Positions 1 through 21,784 of a DNA stretch of 64,000 bases are shown in pieces. The stretch's first letter is position 1. The number at the start of each line of letters is the position of its first letter. The position numbers and the translations under genes were made by a program. Origin of the DNA: the human T2T-CHM13v2.0 reference genome, Homo sapiens. Location: the NCBI RefSeq assembly GCF_009914755.1, contig NC_060946.1; one strand, written 5' to 3'. The notes beneath the pieces were generated by a model. The model was not told the DNA's origin. It did not search any database and saw only the letters and a program-made list of their open reading frames with translations.

Positions 1-894
<894 letters not shown>

Positions 895-1336
895 TCTTTT
901 TAATTCTTGCCCTCAGCTCACGCCAGGCCCTGGGTGGAAAGCTTTCTTTGCCCGGAAACTGGCTTTCTGAAACCAAGGGCTTTTGTGTCACGTTCATGGA
1001 GAGATGGCAGTGCGGGTTGAGGCAGAAGTGCTCAGTCAGAACTGATGAGTCCAGATGAGAAGCTTGACTTTTAACCCCGGCCCTCGGGGCTGCACCCTAC
1101 CCTCTGGGAAACAATTCCAGCCAGAAGAGTTTACACTCAGCAGAAGGTGCCTCTGTCACCACAATGGGTGTGGAGCCACTGGAAAGAGGTTGGGTGATAG
1201 TGAGGAAGGACAGCAGGTTTTGGCATCAAAGGCACTACCTTGGCCTCAATCCCAGTTCAGCCAGCTGCTTCCTAGCTCTGTGGCCTTGGTCAAGACACTT
1301 ACCTTCTCTAAAGCATGGTTTATTTGCAGTCTCAGG

Positions 1337-1633
<297 letters not shown>

Positions 1634-2315
1634 TTATTCATCTGTACAAAGAAATTAAAGAATCAGTGCTGAGTAGCACAGGTGAGCAGCTTCCTAGGGA
1701 TATCCTGAAGAGCCTTTGGTGGAGGCTTTCTACTGTTAGAAGTCAGGAAATGTACACTCCACCTATCTGCTTGGAGACCCTCGGTGGCAGTTGGGAGCTT
1801 GCAGACAATGTAACTTATAAACCCAAAGCTGCAACTTTTCCAAGAAAGGGAAATTGATTATCTTCCAGAAAAGTACATTACTTTTGCAGGTAGCTCTGAT
1901 GGTTTAAAAGTTCTTCCTGTATTGAGTCGAAGTATAACACCTGTGCTTTGTGTCCACCGGGTACTAGTTTGGCCTTATGCAGAATACCGGGCATGTTTAT
2001 GAGCAGTTTTATCCTTCCTGATGGGAATGGGAATGATGGTCCCATTTACTACTTGGAGCTGAAATCTTACTAAGTTATATTATCAGAGTAGTGCAGTCTA
2101 GCCCATTCTCCACCATAGAGATTGAGGAGAGGGAAACAAAAGCAGTAAATTATAGACAGTATCTACACGAATAGGGGAGGAAGGGGTAGGAGGTACCATT
2201 TATACACTATGGTTGCTTAAGTGTTCTTCATAGAACTTAGCATCTAATACTATAACATATAATATTCTATCTATATGTTATCTGGCTCTAATTGAATACA
2301 AAAATATATATTTCT

Positions 2316-2668
<353 letters not shown>

Positions 2669-2693
2669 TCAAATGTTTTTTCTCCTTTTTCTT

Positions 2694-3133
2694 TTGAGGA
2701 GTCTCGCCGGAGTGCAGTGGTGTGATCCTGACGCACTGCAACCTCTGCCTCCCAGGTTCAGCCGAGTCTCCTGCCTCAGCCTCCTGAGTAGCTGGGATTA
2801 TAGGCGCCCGCAACCATGCCTGGCTAATTTTTTTTTTTTTTTTTTTTTTTGAGATGGAGTTTCACTCTTGTCATCCAGGTGGAGTGCCATGGCGTGATCT
2901 CGGCTCACTGCAACCTCTGCCTCCCAAGGTTCAAGCGACTCTCCTGCCTCATCCTCCCGAGTAGCTGGGATTACAGGCGCATGCCACCACACGTGGCTAA
3001 TTTTTATATTTTTAGTAGAGACGGAGTTTCACCATGTTGTCCAGGCTGGTCTCGAACTCCTGACCTCAGGTGGTCTGCCCACCTCAGCCTCCCAAAGAGC
3101 TGGGATTACAGGCGTGAGCCACAGCACCCGGCC
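2694..3133 (-). mobile_element. Alu right arm (2694-2828) plus full Alu (2829-3133)
   Basis: Two reverse Alu segments joined at the A-rich linker. Confidence 0.9.
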
Positions 3134-3265
3134 AATACACTATGGTTGTCTTATCTGTCAGTTGCTTAAGTGTTTTTCATAGAACTTATTGGCATCTAAT
3201 ATTATGATATATAATATTCTATCTATCTGTATCTGCCTCTCCTCAATTGAATATAAATCTCTTGA

Positions 3266-3580
<315 letters not shown>

Positions 3581-3689
3581 TGTTTTTTCTACTACTTTAT
3601 CCCCAGCACCTAGAATAATGCCTGGCACATAGTATGCATTCAATAAAGATTTGTGGAATGGGCTTAGAATGTAGAAAGCTACAAAGGCT

Positions 3690-4700
<1,011 letters not shown>

Positions 4701-4702
4701 CA

Positions 4703-5024
<322 letters not shown>

Positions 5025-5341
5025 TAATTCTCTTTGCTGTTCGTCTTTCATGAAGAGATCCTGGCATAGCTATGGCCAAATGAAGCAGCATTGTGTTTAT
5101 TTAGTTCATTTACTGTTTAATAGGAGCTTGCTGAAAGCCAAATCCCACCCTAAAGAGAAACCAGACATGGCTACATAGTCATATGATGAATCACAAGTGA
5201 GAATACGCACAGATCCTGTCCCTTGCCCCTGGAAGACAACACCTGTGGACTTTGCTTAGTGCCAAGCGAAAACAAGTGAATGCTATCTCTTTGACATATT
5301 CTTTCTGTATAGGCCAGATACATTTGAAATGAACTTACTGG

Positions 5342-8117
<2,776 letters not shown>

Positions 8118-8237
8118 TGAGAAAATGCTCATGATCAAATGGCAGGAGAACGAAACTATATTTACAGTACGATCCCAATTTTGTAAGACACATACACACA
8201 TTGATGATGATGATGACGACAAGAAAACAGCACATGT

Positions 8238-8410
8238 GGCTGGGCGTGGTGGCTCACACCTGTAATCCCAGCTACTCGGGAGGCTGAGGCAGGAGAATTG
8301 TTGAACCTGAGAGGTGGGGGGCACAGGGAGCCGAGATTGTGCCATTGCACTCCAGCCTTGGGCAACGAGAGTGAAATTCCACCTCAAGAAAAGAAAAGAA
8401 AAAAAGAAAA
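8238..8410 (+). mobile_element. Internally deleted (monomer-length) Alu
   Basis: Left-arm head fused to the right arm. TSD aagaaaa[ca/tg]gcacatgt at 8221 and ~8404. Confidence 0.88.
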
Positions 8411-8737
8411 TGGCACATGTGCATATATGTTAGGAAAAATACCAGAAAAAAATACACCCCAATGTTAGCAATGTAACCTCTGGAAGTCAGGATCACAGAT
8501 AACTAATGTTTTTCTGAATACCTTTACTAAATTTCCAAATTTTCATCTGAGCCTTTGTTCCTTTTACAATCAGGAAAAAATAATTAAGATTCCTATTGGA
8601 AAATACCATAAAGTGGCAGGGCCACCTGGCTGTCTTTGCCCAGAAGCGGCCAGTGACTGTATGTAGTTCACATGCCCTGAGGCGGCTGCCTTGGTGATCC
8701 GAATGCTGTTGAGCTCAGGGTCTTTTAGGTCCTCGTA

Positions 8738-8767
8738 CCCTAACCCTAACCCTAACCCTAACCCTAA
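8738..8767. repeat. Short interstitial telomeric sequence (CCCTAA)5
   Basis: Five perfect CCCTAA units. Confidence 0.97.
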
Positions 8768-9577
8768 GGCGCTCTGGGTTTCTGCAACCTTCGGGAGGTC
8801 TAGCACCTAGTATTCCTCTGGCGTCTGAGTTTTGGTCCACTGGCCGTTGGTGCTGGTATCCTTTCCCCTAAGAGTGACATCACTTATTTAGTTCATTTCT
8901 TTCTTCCTTCCTTCCTTTCCTAGCCCTTTCCACAAAGGATTTGTAGATGCCTAGAACAATATAATCTGGGTTTCATAGGATAGTCCCAGATTTGTTGCGT
9001 TTTCTTTTTTCTTTTTGGTTTAGTGCCACATACCCAGGCTAGAGGGAGGATGAGCACTGTGGTTCCTCCGACCCTGTGCCTGGTGGTGGTCATGCCTGGC
9101 CAGAAATGAGCCTCGTACCTCAACTGCAGGCGAGGCCAGATTTAGCTCAGTTTGGGCACATCCTCCCAGGTGTGGTGGAGCCACCTCCATCCTGACCCTG
9201 GTTCTTTTCACTGGCTGGCACCTGGAGCTGACTCCGTCCTGGCCTGAGGGCCCCTCTGCTTGCTGCCACCACAGGGGCCACAGAGATGCAGCCCATTTAT
9301 TCGGAAAACCGAGGCCCAGAGAGTGGCCTTTGTCTTCCACAGGTGTCTGTGGAAGGGCTGGGGAGGGGCGCAGACCTTCCCTGCCTCAGAGGAGGCTTCA
9401 GGAAGGGTGGACAAGGGAGGGGAGCAGAGCGGACAGCCACCACTCTGGGGAGACCTTGGACTGTGAAAAGGGGTGGGGGAAGGAAAGCTTACAGGGCACC
9501 CACAGGCTGGGGTGCCCACCTGGCAGGGTCTTTGGCTTCTGAGCACCCCTTAAGTTATCCTCACTTCATCACCCCTG

Positions 9578-9904
<327 letters not shown>

Positions 9905-10988
9905 TGAAGCTCAGGCATTTTCCGTTTGTCTGTGGTCCAGCCTCCTGCCCAGGTGGGGACTCAGGGACACTTCCTACAGGAAGTTGGGGAACGGCTCAAG
10001 GACTGAGCAGTGCTCTGATCTCTGAGGCCTTGGAGCCTGGGTTGGGAGGCCTGAGACTTCTGAAACCCAGCACACACATTCTCAGAAGACAACTCTGGCC
10101 CTTTGTCTCTGGCTGTCCCATCATGGTGTCAGAATAACACAGGTCCTTCTCTGAGCCTACCAGAGTTTCCCAAGGGCAAGATTGGCTTCTCTTCATGTTT
10201 GTCCTGGCACCGCTGAGTCTCACACACAGTATGTGCTCAATAGATGCATGGTGAATGAATGACTGCACAATGGATACATAAGGAGAGCCAGCTGATCCCT
10301 CACCAGGTTGGGCCACTCAGGGGTCAGGCCTTGCTCAGCTTCCCAAACCACATGGTCTGTGCCCACGGCGAAGTCACTGCTTCCTCTCACTTGTCCTGTT
10401 TCCCCATGAACTATGAGGGGGTTGGTCAGGTGGTCCACACAAGTCCTTCCCAACCTCCCCCATCCCTATCCCGATGGCTTGTGAGCGGGTTCCCTCCAGG
10501 CCTATCCAGTGCCTGAGGCCTTGACACAGCCCAGGCTGCCCAGTCGGGCCTTCACTACATGCTTCTGAGTGGACCAGGATCTGGCATCAGAGCCCAGAGC
10601 AGAGGTCAGCCCTGTTCTCCATCTGCAGGGACCTCCGAAGGCCCAGTTTTAGCTCAGGCTGCAGCAAAGCCAGATCCCTACTCCGGTCACTTGGCAGCAC
10701 TTGCTCACCCTCCCGACATTTCTGGGTTGTGGGAAGGATGGAGAGAGATGATGAAATACCCCTGTCCTGAGCTCCAGGTAGCTTTGGCCCAGGAGAGGGC
10801 TCTGGGGCTAACACTCCCCCTAGTGTCAACTCAGGGGCCTTGGGGACCCGAAGAGGTGTGGACAGTTGGTGGCAGCACTGATCCAGGGTGGTGGCTGTGG
10901 GAGGAGCGAAGGGCAGCCATGGACAGCAGAGAACCCTGGGCCCCTGCCTATGGTGTCACTCATAATCGTGACAATGACCAGCTCCTGA

Positions 10989-11581
<593 letters not shown>

Positions 11582-12254
11582 TAGAGACAAGCTGAAGTTT
11601 CCAAGCTGGCCCCTGAGGGCAGGGCAGGAGAGGGAAGATGGGCAGTTAGAGGCCCTGCCAGATCTCTCACGGGGGGGGCCGTGTGATCCAGCCTCAGAGT
11701 GGAGGTTGCTTCATCCAGCTCAGCGGGGACCGTGGTCTTGCCATGGTGTTTGGGCAGTGACTGAGGCCACTGGCACCAGGAGCCTGCTTCTGACCCCCCA
11801 CCTTCCCTCCCAACCCCGTTCTGCCTGTTTCTCTGCAGCCTGGGGCTGTGGGCCGAGCCGGGTGTCCGCCCTGCGCTGTAGGGCTCCAACTCCTCAGAAG
11901 CTGGGAGCAGGGGACCCGCCACCCCTCAGACAAGGAGGCTGCGTGACAAGGATCTGTCCCATACCCTTGCTGAGCTGGGACAAAGCCACACTGCAGGGGC
12001 AGCTGCCTGCCTTGCTCCTCCCAGGTGCTCTGTGAGGCCCCATGCCCAGCTGGCGTGCTTTTCTGGGCAGCCTTCCCAGGGCTCGGTGAGCGTGGCCACA
12101 GCCGCCCTCACGTCTTGCTTCTCTCCTGTCTTCAAGCCAGTCCAAGCCTCCTCCCTCCTCAGTTTCTCCAGCGAGGGAGGGGGTGGTTCCTCAGGGATTT
12201 CGCTCAGTGCTTTGGGCTGGCTGAGACTCCTCAAGAAACCCTGGCTGGCTCTTG

Positions 12255-12385
12255 GAGCCTCTGTTTCCTCCTCGGTAGAATGGAAATGGGGAGACTTGCC
12301 CATACCCTGTGGAGATGTTTGGAGACGCAGATAATGTAAGTAAAAAGTGGAGAGCACACAGTAGGTGCTCAGGAAAATGTGCTCA
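12255..12385 (+). mobile_element. MIR remnant
   Basis: gagcctctgtttcctcctcggtagaatgg ... cacacagtaggtgctca matches the MIR core and tail. Confidence 0.65.
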
Positions 12386-12694
12386 TAGGAGAGTTATGGG
12401 TGATGTCAGTCTTGTCCTGCTGTTTGGGCTGGGGCAATAGAGAGGCGCCAGCCGATGCCCGCACCATGTGGAAGCCCAGGTCAAACAGCAGCAGGTCTCG
12501 GGGAGAAGGGAACCCCAAGGGGCTCAGGTGCCTCAAATCCCCAACCTCCAGTTTGGCAGGGGCAGTGGGCCGTGGCCTTTTGGGCAGGGGTCCTGTGCCC
12601 TGGATCTTGCCCAGCTCCAAAGCTAGTAAGCCCCAGGGAGGCCACCCCCGCCAAGTGAAGTGGGCATGAAGACAGATGATGGCGAAGGGACTTC

Positions 12695-14282
12695 CATATG
12701 CACGAGATCAACTGTTTATTGATTTTTTTCCTCAAATACTACACATGTAAAGGAACTGTTAAACTGAAAAAGACTTGACAATTTTTGGTAAATCCGTAGC
12801 ACAGAAATGAGGATTTCTGCTGGTAAGTTCTCAGGACAGACACAGACACAGGTCCACTTTCCAAGCAAGACATCTGCTCACTGGAAACGGAGTGAATGCA
12901 TAGCTGGTGACGGCGGCGGGCACTGCTGAGTCACGTGAAACACAGGTTCCCCCACGTTCCCCCCACCCCCGCCGGCCCGCGTGGCCCCCGCGTAACTCTG
13001 GCTGCAGCACCTGCTCCCGGGCGACTCCGGGCAGCCCGAGACACTCGTGCTGCGGGTAAGACCCAGCTTCTGTTTGTGCACAAGTAACACGACGACTGAA
13101 ATCTGCAACTACTGCAAAGACGCGGGCACTTTTACAGTGTTCTGCTACGGAGCCAGGACAAAGGCCGGTCAGAAGCCGGACCAGCAGTCAGCTGGTGACG
13201 ACGAGCCTCCCTCCAGCAGGCACCACGTCAGAGAGGCCCCAGGCCCACTGAGCCCGGGAGGAGACCCAGCCGGCCAGCCAGACGTGTGCCTGAATGCCAC
13301 AGACTTCAAGCAGTTTACAAACGAAACTCACTGTTAAAAGCTGTTAAATCTCATTAAAACAGTAGACGAGTGCTTTAGATTCTCTGAATATCAAATAATA
13401 TATACAGATAGACACTGAGACATGACAGTCTAATCTAAAGCATCTTTACAGATGCATTTGCTTGAAAAGTTAGTCTTCTTTTTAACTCTGAATCAGTGAT
13501 AAAATTGTTAATTTGCAAAAGAGTACAGTTTTAAGCAAGAATAGAGTGAAAATAATTTTTAAATATGGCGATTTGGGGGAGTTCTACCTAAGGTTCTATG
13601 TAAAGCTTCCATTCAGATGCCCAAAAGCACAAAGAGCATTCCCAATAGAAACCCGACCATAACCCGGTCCCACCTTCCTGGCATAATTCCTTTCCTCAAA
13701 CATCTGCCACCTGAGGCTAAGCCTACACACGGCGTGGCTGAGTAACAGGGTAAGGGAATAGGGAGATCGTTTCCTCAAGACTGGTGCGCATCAATCTGTG
13801 CCATAATTTAAGTGGAAATGAACAGGTGTATAAAAAAGTATAACTGTACACAGCCTTTAAATTAAAAACCTCAAAATCTTCACTCAAAATGGGATGTAAG
13901 CTTGTTCATTTAAGTTGCAGGTGATGGACTCGTCAGAGAGAGTAATCAGTGGAACAAGATCAGTGTAACCCACCATTGACTCGGAAAGGAGAGACAAAGT
14001 CAAGAACATAGAGATCTATGATAGGCCAACAGGCACAGTGGGCGGGGAGGGGCGGCTATTTCTGTTGTTCTGCGTCTTCCTGCGCTCAGATCCCTCCAGC
14101 TGCACTCGGAAAGGTGCCGAGTCCCAGGCGAAATGACCAGCTCATCTGCCTTCCAGGAACACCATGAAGCCAAGAGCAATGGAACCATCATCTCTTGCAG
14201 GAAAAGGAGTGGATGCCCACGTGGCTGGCTGAGGCTCCTGGGCCCGCCGCCTCCGTCCCCCCGCTGGCCTGTCCCCGACTCA
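12695..14282 (-). other. PACSIN2: PACSIN2 3' UTR (~1.6 kb; cleavage site approximate)
   Basis: Repeat-free sequence between the stop codon and AATAAA. Contains AU-rich blocks and a Pumilio element TGTATATA (plus 13399-13406). Confidence 0.85.
12715..12720 (-). terminator. PACSIN2 polyadenylation signal AATAAA
   Basis: Plus-strand TTTATT. It is the only canonical hexamer I found in the UTR, with a TGTA (CFIm) motif ~20 nt upstream (12740-12743). Confidence 0.85.
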
Positions 14283-14462
<180 letters not shown>

Positions 14463-16711
14463 TCACGAGCTTTGAGCCCACAGAGGGTGGAGGGCCAGGC
14501 ATTCTGTGGCGGGCAGGCCGAGGGCCTGGTCATTTCTCTACTAAATGCATGCATTTTAAGTTGCCTCTTTGGTCATGGGCCTCTGACAGACCTAGAGATG
14601 ACAGTCTCACACAGTAATTTGGAACAAGCTGCTCTCAGCTGCCACAGTGGCTCCCACTGAGACTGCGGCATCCAGCTCCATAGGGCTGTGCCTTCCTCAC
14701 CACCCTGGCCAGGTGGCAGGAATCGTCCCTCGGTTGTGCCCCTCCCTCACGTTGGGCCTCTTCTGTCCCCTCCCCAGGGCCCCGGCCGCCTTGCTCCCAG
14801 CAGCTGTCTCTGGGGTCTCTCTGCCTTTGCTAATCCCTCTCCTCTGCAACTTCCAGGCTGCGAGGGGAAGGGACCATGTCTGACAGTCATACCTGTCATT
14901 TTATCCCCAGCACCTGGCTGATGACTTGTGCACGGTGCCATGTGTCAACCCTTCCTGAGACCCTGAGAAGGAGCCCCTGGCGCTGTTCTGGAATCTCCCT
15001 GTGGCTCTAATGTATTAACGTGGTTCCATTTATCTTTGGTTGTTCCAACCTGAAGGACCTCCTACTTCTGGCCAGGCCTTGGGTAGAAGAGGAGATACAG
15101 AGATGAGAGGAACTGATGGATCCTGGTCTCAAGGAGGCAGACTAGGGTGGTGAGGGGGAGGTGGCACTAGGGTAGGGCCCCAGGTCTGGCATTTGCCAGG
15201 TTAGGGAAGCAGAGCAGCTCAGAGCCCAGGGGTGGGCAGGGGCCTGTGTGCTTCTGGTTGGTAACTCACTGCAGGGAAGGCCAGTTGGGCCTGCTGGCTC
15301 GGACCTCGTCAGGAGCAAGCAATTGGTGGGAAAGAAATAGTCCCAGTGCTGTTTTGCCTTTATTGCTAAGTTTGAAGTTTTGTAACTCTCTTTGGCATTT
15401 TTTGGTCCATTTTTCAGAATTAGATGCAGTTTTCCCCCTGGTTTAGCATTTCCCTGATGCTTTGGATTTTGTATGGCAGCAATGCTGGTCAACATGCCTG
15501 CGGAGCTAATACCTGGGGCTTCCAGTGCTCCCCGGACTGCCTGGGCTCAAATCCCACAGCCATCACTCACTGGCTGGGAGACCTGGACCAACTGCGTCCA
15601 CTCCCTGGGCCTGTGGCCCTCATCTGTGGACTGGGGGTACTGTGAAGATTAAGTGTTAAGACACTAAAGAACCCTGGGAGGGTGGGACATGCGTAAGCAC
15701 TGGCTCAGCCTCCCACTGTCGTGCCGCTTCTGCCAGACCAGTGCGCCTGCAGATCTAACCCAGAGGCATCAGGAGCAGATGCAGGGGCCACAGGGCAGCA
15801 GCCACGATGAACCACCATCTCTTTCCACCGCTTCGTGCCTCGGGCCCCTGGCGTTTCTTTTGTCCTGCCTTCATTGGTTGCTGTGCTCTCACAGGCCTGG
15901 ATCCAGGCTACCGAGGCTAGGATGAGGCCTGTAACCCCACACTACCATGTGGCAAACAGCCAGAACACCGCAAGAGACGTAAGTCAAGCCACACTGGCTG
16001 GGAGCTAATTTTGCATTGTTAAAAAGCAGGATAACACAGAAAATAGAACGGACAGGAAAGCTTTCACATTGTGCAAATGTGAACTGGTGATTAGAAGGTT
16101 CATTTCAATCAGTTTGCTTTTGACAATTTACTTGGATCTGGAAGAAACATTTTAAATCTACAAAATTACTGTCAAACCCAATAGGCAGGATTGAAAAGGA
16201 GTTAGAAATTATAAACAAATAAACCAACAAAGTCGGGGGTAACAACCCCAACCAAAGATATCAGAAACTGGATGAAGATGGCTTAAAGGCACATTAAAAA
16301 AAAATCCAAAAAAACAAAAAAACCCAACTTCTCAAACTGGGCAGAGGCAGCTGATAACCAGCCCAGGGGAAGAGTGTCTGGGGACAGCAGGCTGGCACTC
16401 TGGGTGCTGAGGGGAGGAGGCTGAAGACTGGTTAGAAGCTAGGCCATTGGGCACAGCCCCCAGGCCCTGGCTTCCCTGCTGAGTCAGGGGTTGGGGTGGT
16501 GGTGGTAAGGCAGCCTTTCCCACAAGTGTAGCCTAGGGGCAAGGGCACACTTCAGCCTGTGTGGGTTGAGTTCTGGCCCAGCTTCCCTCTTGGAGTGGTA
16601 GATGCTGCTTCTGGGGGAGCTTCACAAAGAGGGCAAGAGAGGGAAGAATCTGGGTTGCTGTGGGTCCACTTTGGCCCTAGGCCACTCCAGCTTCCTTAGG
16701 TGCTAAGATAG

Positions 16712-17267
<556 letters not shown>

Positions 17268-17672
17268 GATTATCATTGAAGACCATTCAAAGAAGAAAAA
17301 GACATTGCACAGAAAGTCTTCACAGGCAGAGCACATGTAATCAGGATCCAGGCTGTTTTATAAAACTATGGTTTCTGCTCCTAGCAACACAGATATGTGT
17401 GTGGGTTGGTGTGTGCATGGTAGGTGTGGGCAGGTAGGTGTGCACACACACAAGTTGCTGCCTGAGACAAGGCCCCACCTGGCCCAGGGGCATGCCAAGT
17501 GCTACTCTGGGGTCTGGGCAAAGCTGTGGCTCTCCTGAGGGCTTCTCTGGCAGTTGGGGACCCCTAGAGAAAGGCTTCTCTCATGGCCCTGCGGGGCTAG
17601 CAGCTCCCAGACTACATATGGGGGAACCTGGTGGTCCTGGCCAACAGCTTCTCCAGATGCCCTTCTGTGTGA

Positions 17673-18897
<1,225 letters not shown>

Positions 18898-19062
18898 CAA
18901 TTGGCTGCTTTTGACAATGAAGCCAGGGCACTGGGGAAGGGCCTGCAGTGACTCACAAGTGAAACTAGCAAGAACTTTTCCAGACTTAAAAAACAAAAAA
19001 GACCGCCCACAGCCTGCAGGTTGGAAGCCCTCCTCCCCTGGATGCTGGGGGAGCCCACCTAC

Positions 19063-19259
19063 CAGCCTTGAAGCTCAGCTCATCATGCTCCTGCCCCTCA
19101 TAGTCATACAGGGCCCGGACTCGCACTTCCGTCCCCGAGGTGGCGTCGTCGTCGAATGGATTCGAGTCCCCATTGGCATCCGTGGAGGAGAAGGGGTTGT
19201 TAGACTCATCGTCTGACCAGTCGGTGGGATAGCTCTGGGTCTTCTCGTAGCTGCTCACA
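19063..19259 (-). CDS. PACSIN2: PACSIN2 exon 10 (VSSYEKTQ...NPF...NPF...[17 protein letters not shown]): two NPF motifs and the SH3 N-terminal half
   Basis: ctttcttgcag|T ... CTG|gtaggt. 197 nt. Overlaps ORF 18986..19294. Confidence 0.97.
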
Positions 19260-19813
19260 CTGCAAGAAAGGGGAGGCCACAGGGCCCTCAGCACAGGGCG
19301 GCAGAGGGTGTGAGGCCCCCGCCCCGCAAGGGGAGGGCACTGGAGCCTTGGGGCTCAGGGCTGAGGGCTCCTTCCGAAGGAGCACAGGTGGAGCCAGTGC
19401 TAGTGTGAGTTCATGCCATCCACACTCATCCTGAGCCATCAACAGGCTTTCCAGGGGCAGGCGGCTGGAGATGCCCACAGCAGAGGCCAACCTGGGGCCT
19501 CACTCTCTAGTCCCCAGCACAGACTGCGCGTTGTCTGTTTTCCTGTCATGGTGCTGCTAGGGCCTTGAAGGGTTAACAGAGGACAGAGAAAAAGCAACTT
19601 AAGATTGTTAGCTGTGCCCTCCCCGAGGAATGGGGGTGCCAGAGAGCCTGTGCCAGAGAGCAGGTAGTGGGCCAGGGTGCGGCACGCCAGGTGCCCACTT
19701 CCTGCAGAGCTCCGTGCATTGCCGAGTGCCGAGGGGTGAGACCCCTGGACAGAGAGAGAGGAAGAGAGACAGAGTGAGCGCGGTGGGAGCAGAGGAAGCA
19801 TTTGTTCACCAAC

Positions 19814-19936
19814 TTTTTGGCCTTAGTGTCGTCCTTCTCACTGACGGTGCTGCCCGTGTCGTCCTCATCCTCGAAGGGGTTGTAGCTGGACTGTGACTGC
19901 GCAGACTGGGCGGGGTTGCTCGGGACATTAAGGGTG
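19814..19936 (-). CDS. PACSIN2: PACSIN2 exon 9, 123-nt cassette (TLNVPSNP...YNPFEDEDD...KAK) carrying the first NPF motif
   Basis: ctctctccatag|C ... AAA|gttggt (weak donor). Symmetric phase 2-2, so skipping gives a 445-aa form. Confidence 0.95.
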
Positions 19937-21784
19937 CTATGGAGAGAGAGAGCTTTCAGGGGATCCCAGCTCTGCAGGGGCCCGTGAGGGTCCTGGCAAC
20001 TCCTAGCTGCAGGATCTCAAGAGACAAATCAGCTCCTCCTGTGACCGGAGGGGACCGTGGTGTTTCAACAGAAAGGTTACTATGGCAGAATGCGGGCAAT
20101 ACTTCAGCTGTGAAACACGGTCCAGGAGCCTAGGAGAGGACTTGGTTTCCCTTTTCCTTCCTTGCACCTGGAGACAGTCCGTCCAGAACAGGGGCCCTGG
20201 GGTGGCCCAGGGGCGGGTGACAAGCCACAGCTGGAGCAAAAGTCGTTTCCAGGTTCAGGGCTTCTCCTCTGTCCTGACTCCCACCAATGTGAGCTGGGGG
20301 GGTCAAAAAGCCCCTCAGGGTCTCCTCTGAGAGTGACAGTGTGGGAGGGGCCGGCTCCCATGGATGAGTGGGAGAGGGCTCTGAGCTCTTCAGCCCACAC
20401 GGCCTCCTCCTGACTACTAAGGGGTTCAGGGCTCGCTCTTCTGCTCTGTGGAGCTGAAGCCTCCAAAATCAGGGCCAGGGCCTGCGGCACCGTCTTTTCT
20501 AGATAGAAAGAAGATTCCTTTGGTGCTCCAGAGGGAAAATCCAGTCGTGCAACTGCCTACTGTTTGCCAGGCCCAGTGTGGGAACCAGAGAGATCTGGGC
20601 CAAGCTCTGCCTGAGGGCTGGGAGCCGGGAGCTGAGTTACACACTACGAAGACCACAGGCAGACCATCAAGCAATCCAATCAGACAGGCACCAAGGGCCC
20701 TGGCACCCCACCAAGTAACTGATCCTAGGACCGGGCTACCCTGGCCAGCAGCACCTTCTACTTCCAAGACCAGGGCCTCAGGGCACAGGCCCCCAAAGCA
20801 CTGGATGGACTGCTCAGCCTGAGCACCCACCACCCCAGAACCAAGGAAGGGAGGCGAGGACATGCCTCCAATGCCACCAGGGTGATCCTGAGTGGCCAGT
20901 AACTGCCTCATCCACTTCAGCCTGGCAAGTGGTACTTGACCTAGGCCTGCTGGAGGCCAATATCCAGGCCACATGTCTGAGCTCACCGGCCCTCCTCCCT
21001 CCTTGGCACCTTTCTCTAGCAGACTGTTGTGAGACGGCACTGGTGGGGGCGGCTGGATTGTGCAGCAACCCTGGCCAGCCCAGGGCCCCCAGGGTCTCCT
21101 CTGAGGCAGTGTTTCTTCTTTCCCATTCCCACCCCCAAGCATACAGGTGCTGGCCTGATCCCTGGGACAGGCACTTACTGCCGAGCCCACCTGCCCAGAC
21201 AGCGTGCAAAGCAGCGGAATGACGACAGCCACACCTGCTGGGGAGCCTGGGTGGGGGCTTCAGTGCCTGGGGCTGCAGGAAGGCCAAGGGAACCTGGGCT
21301 AAGCCTTCTTAGGAAGCCCCCGTATGAAATGACTATTACTGAGTGTCACATGGAGGCCTGTGGGCAGGTCCTATAGGAAGACCTCCTCTAGCACACACTT
21401 TCCAGAAGGTTCTAATGACCACAGTGCCACCCTTATATCTCTCATTTTCAGCCAATGACTAAGTCAGAAATAACCAATGCTCCTAGTGAAGAGGTAATTT
21501 GGAAAGGAGATGCCTGGCAGTCCTCTCCTGTCCCTCCCTCGACTGGCGCCTGCACACAATACAGAGTGAGCATGAACCTCGGCAGGACCTCAGCTGCCTG
21601 AGGGAACCAGGGTGGCACCTCCACCAGTGTCCGGGCAGGGCGGTGCTATCCCTGGGGACATGAATGCCAGCCCTGTCATCAGCTCCTCCCCACTCAGGTC
21701 TGAAGCTCAGGGCCAAGCCTCCCTCTCTGGATCTGTCAGCAGCTCTGGCACCAGGCAGGAAGACGACCTTCCCTGGAGATGCCC

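Noticed and set aside
13790-13870. AT-rich block in the 3' UTR as a proximal poly(A) site
   Set aside because: No AATAAA or ATTAAA on the minus strand here, so it cannot be supported from sequence alone.
20426-21232. 268-aa minus-strand ORF in intron 8, the longest in the track
   Set aside because: GC-rich low-complexity composition, non-ATG start and no recognisable domain. Expected by chance in GC-rich DNA.
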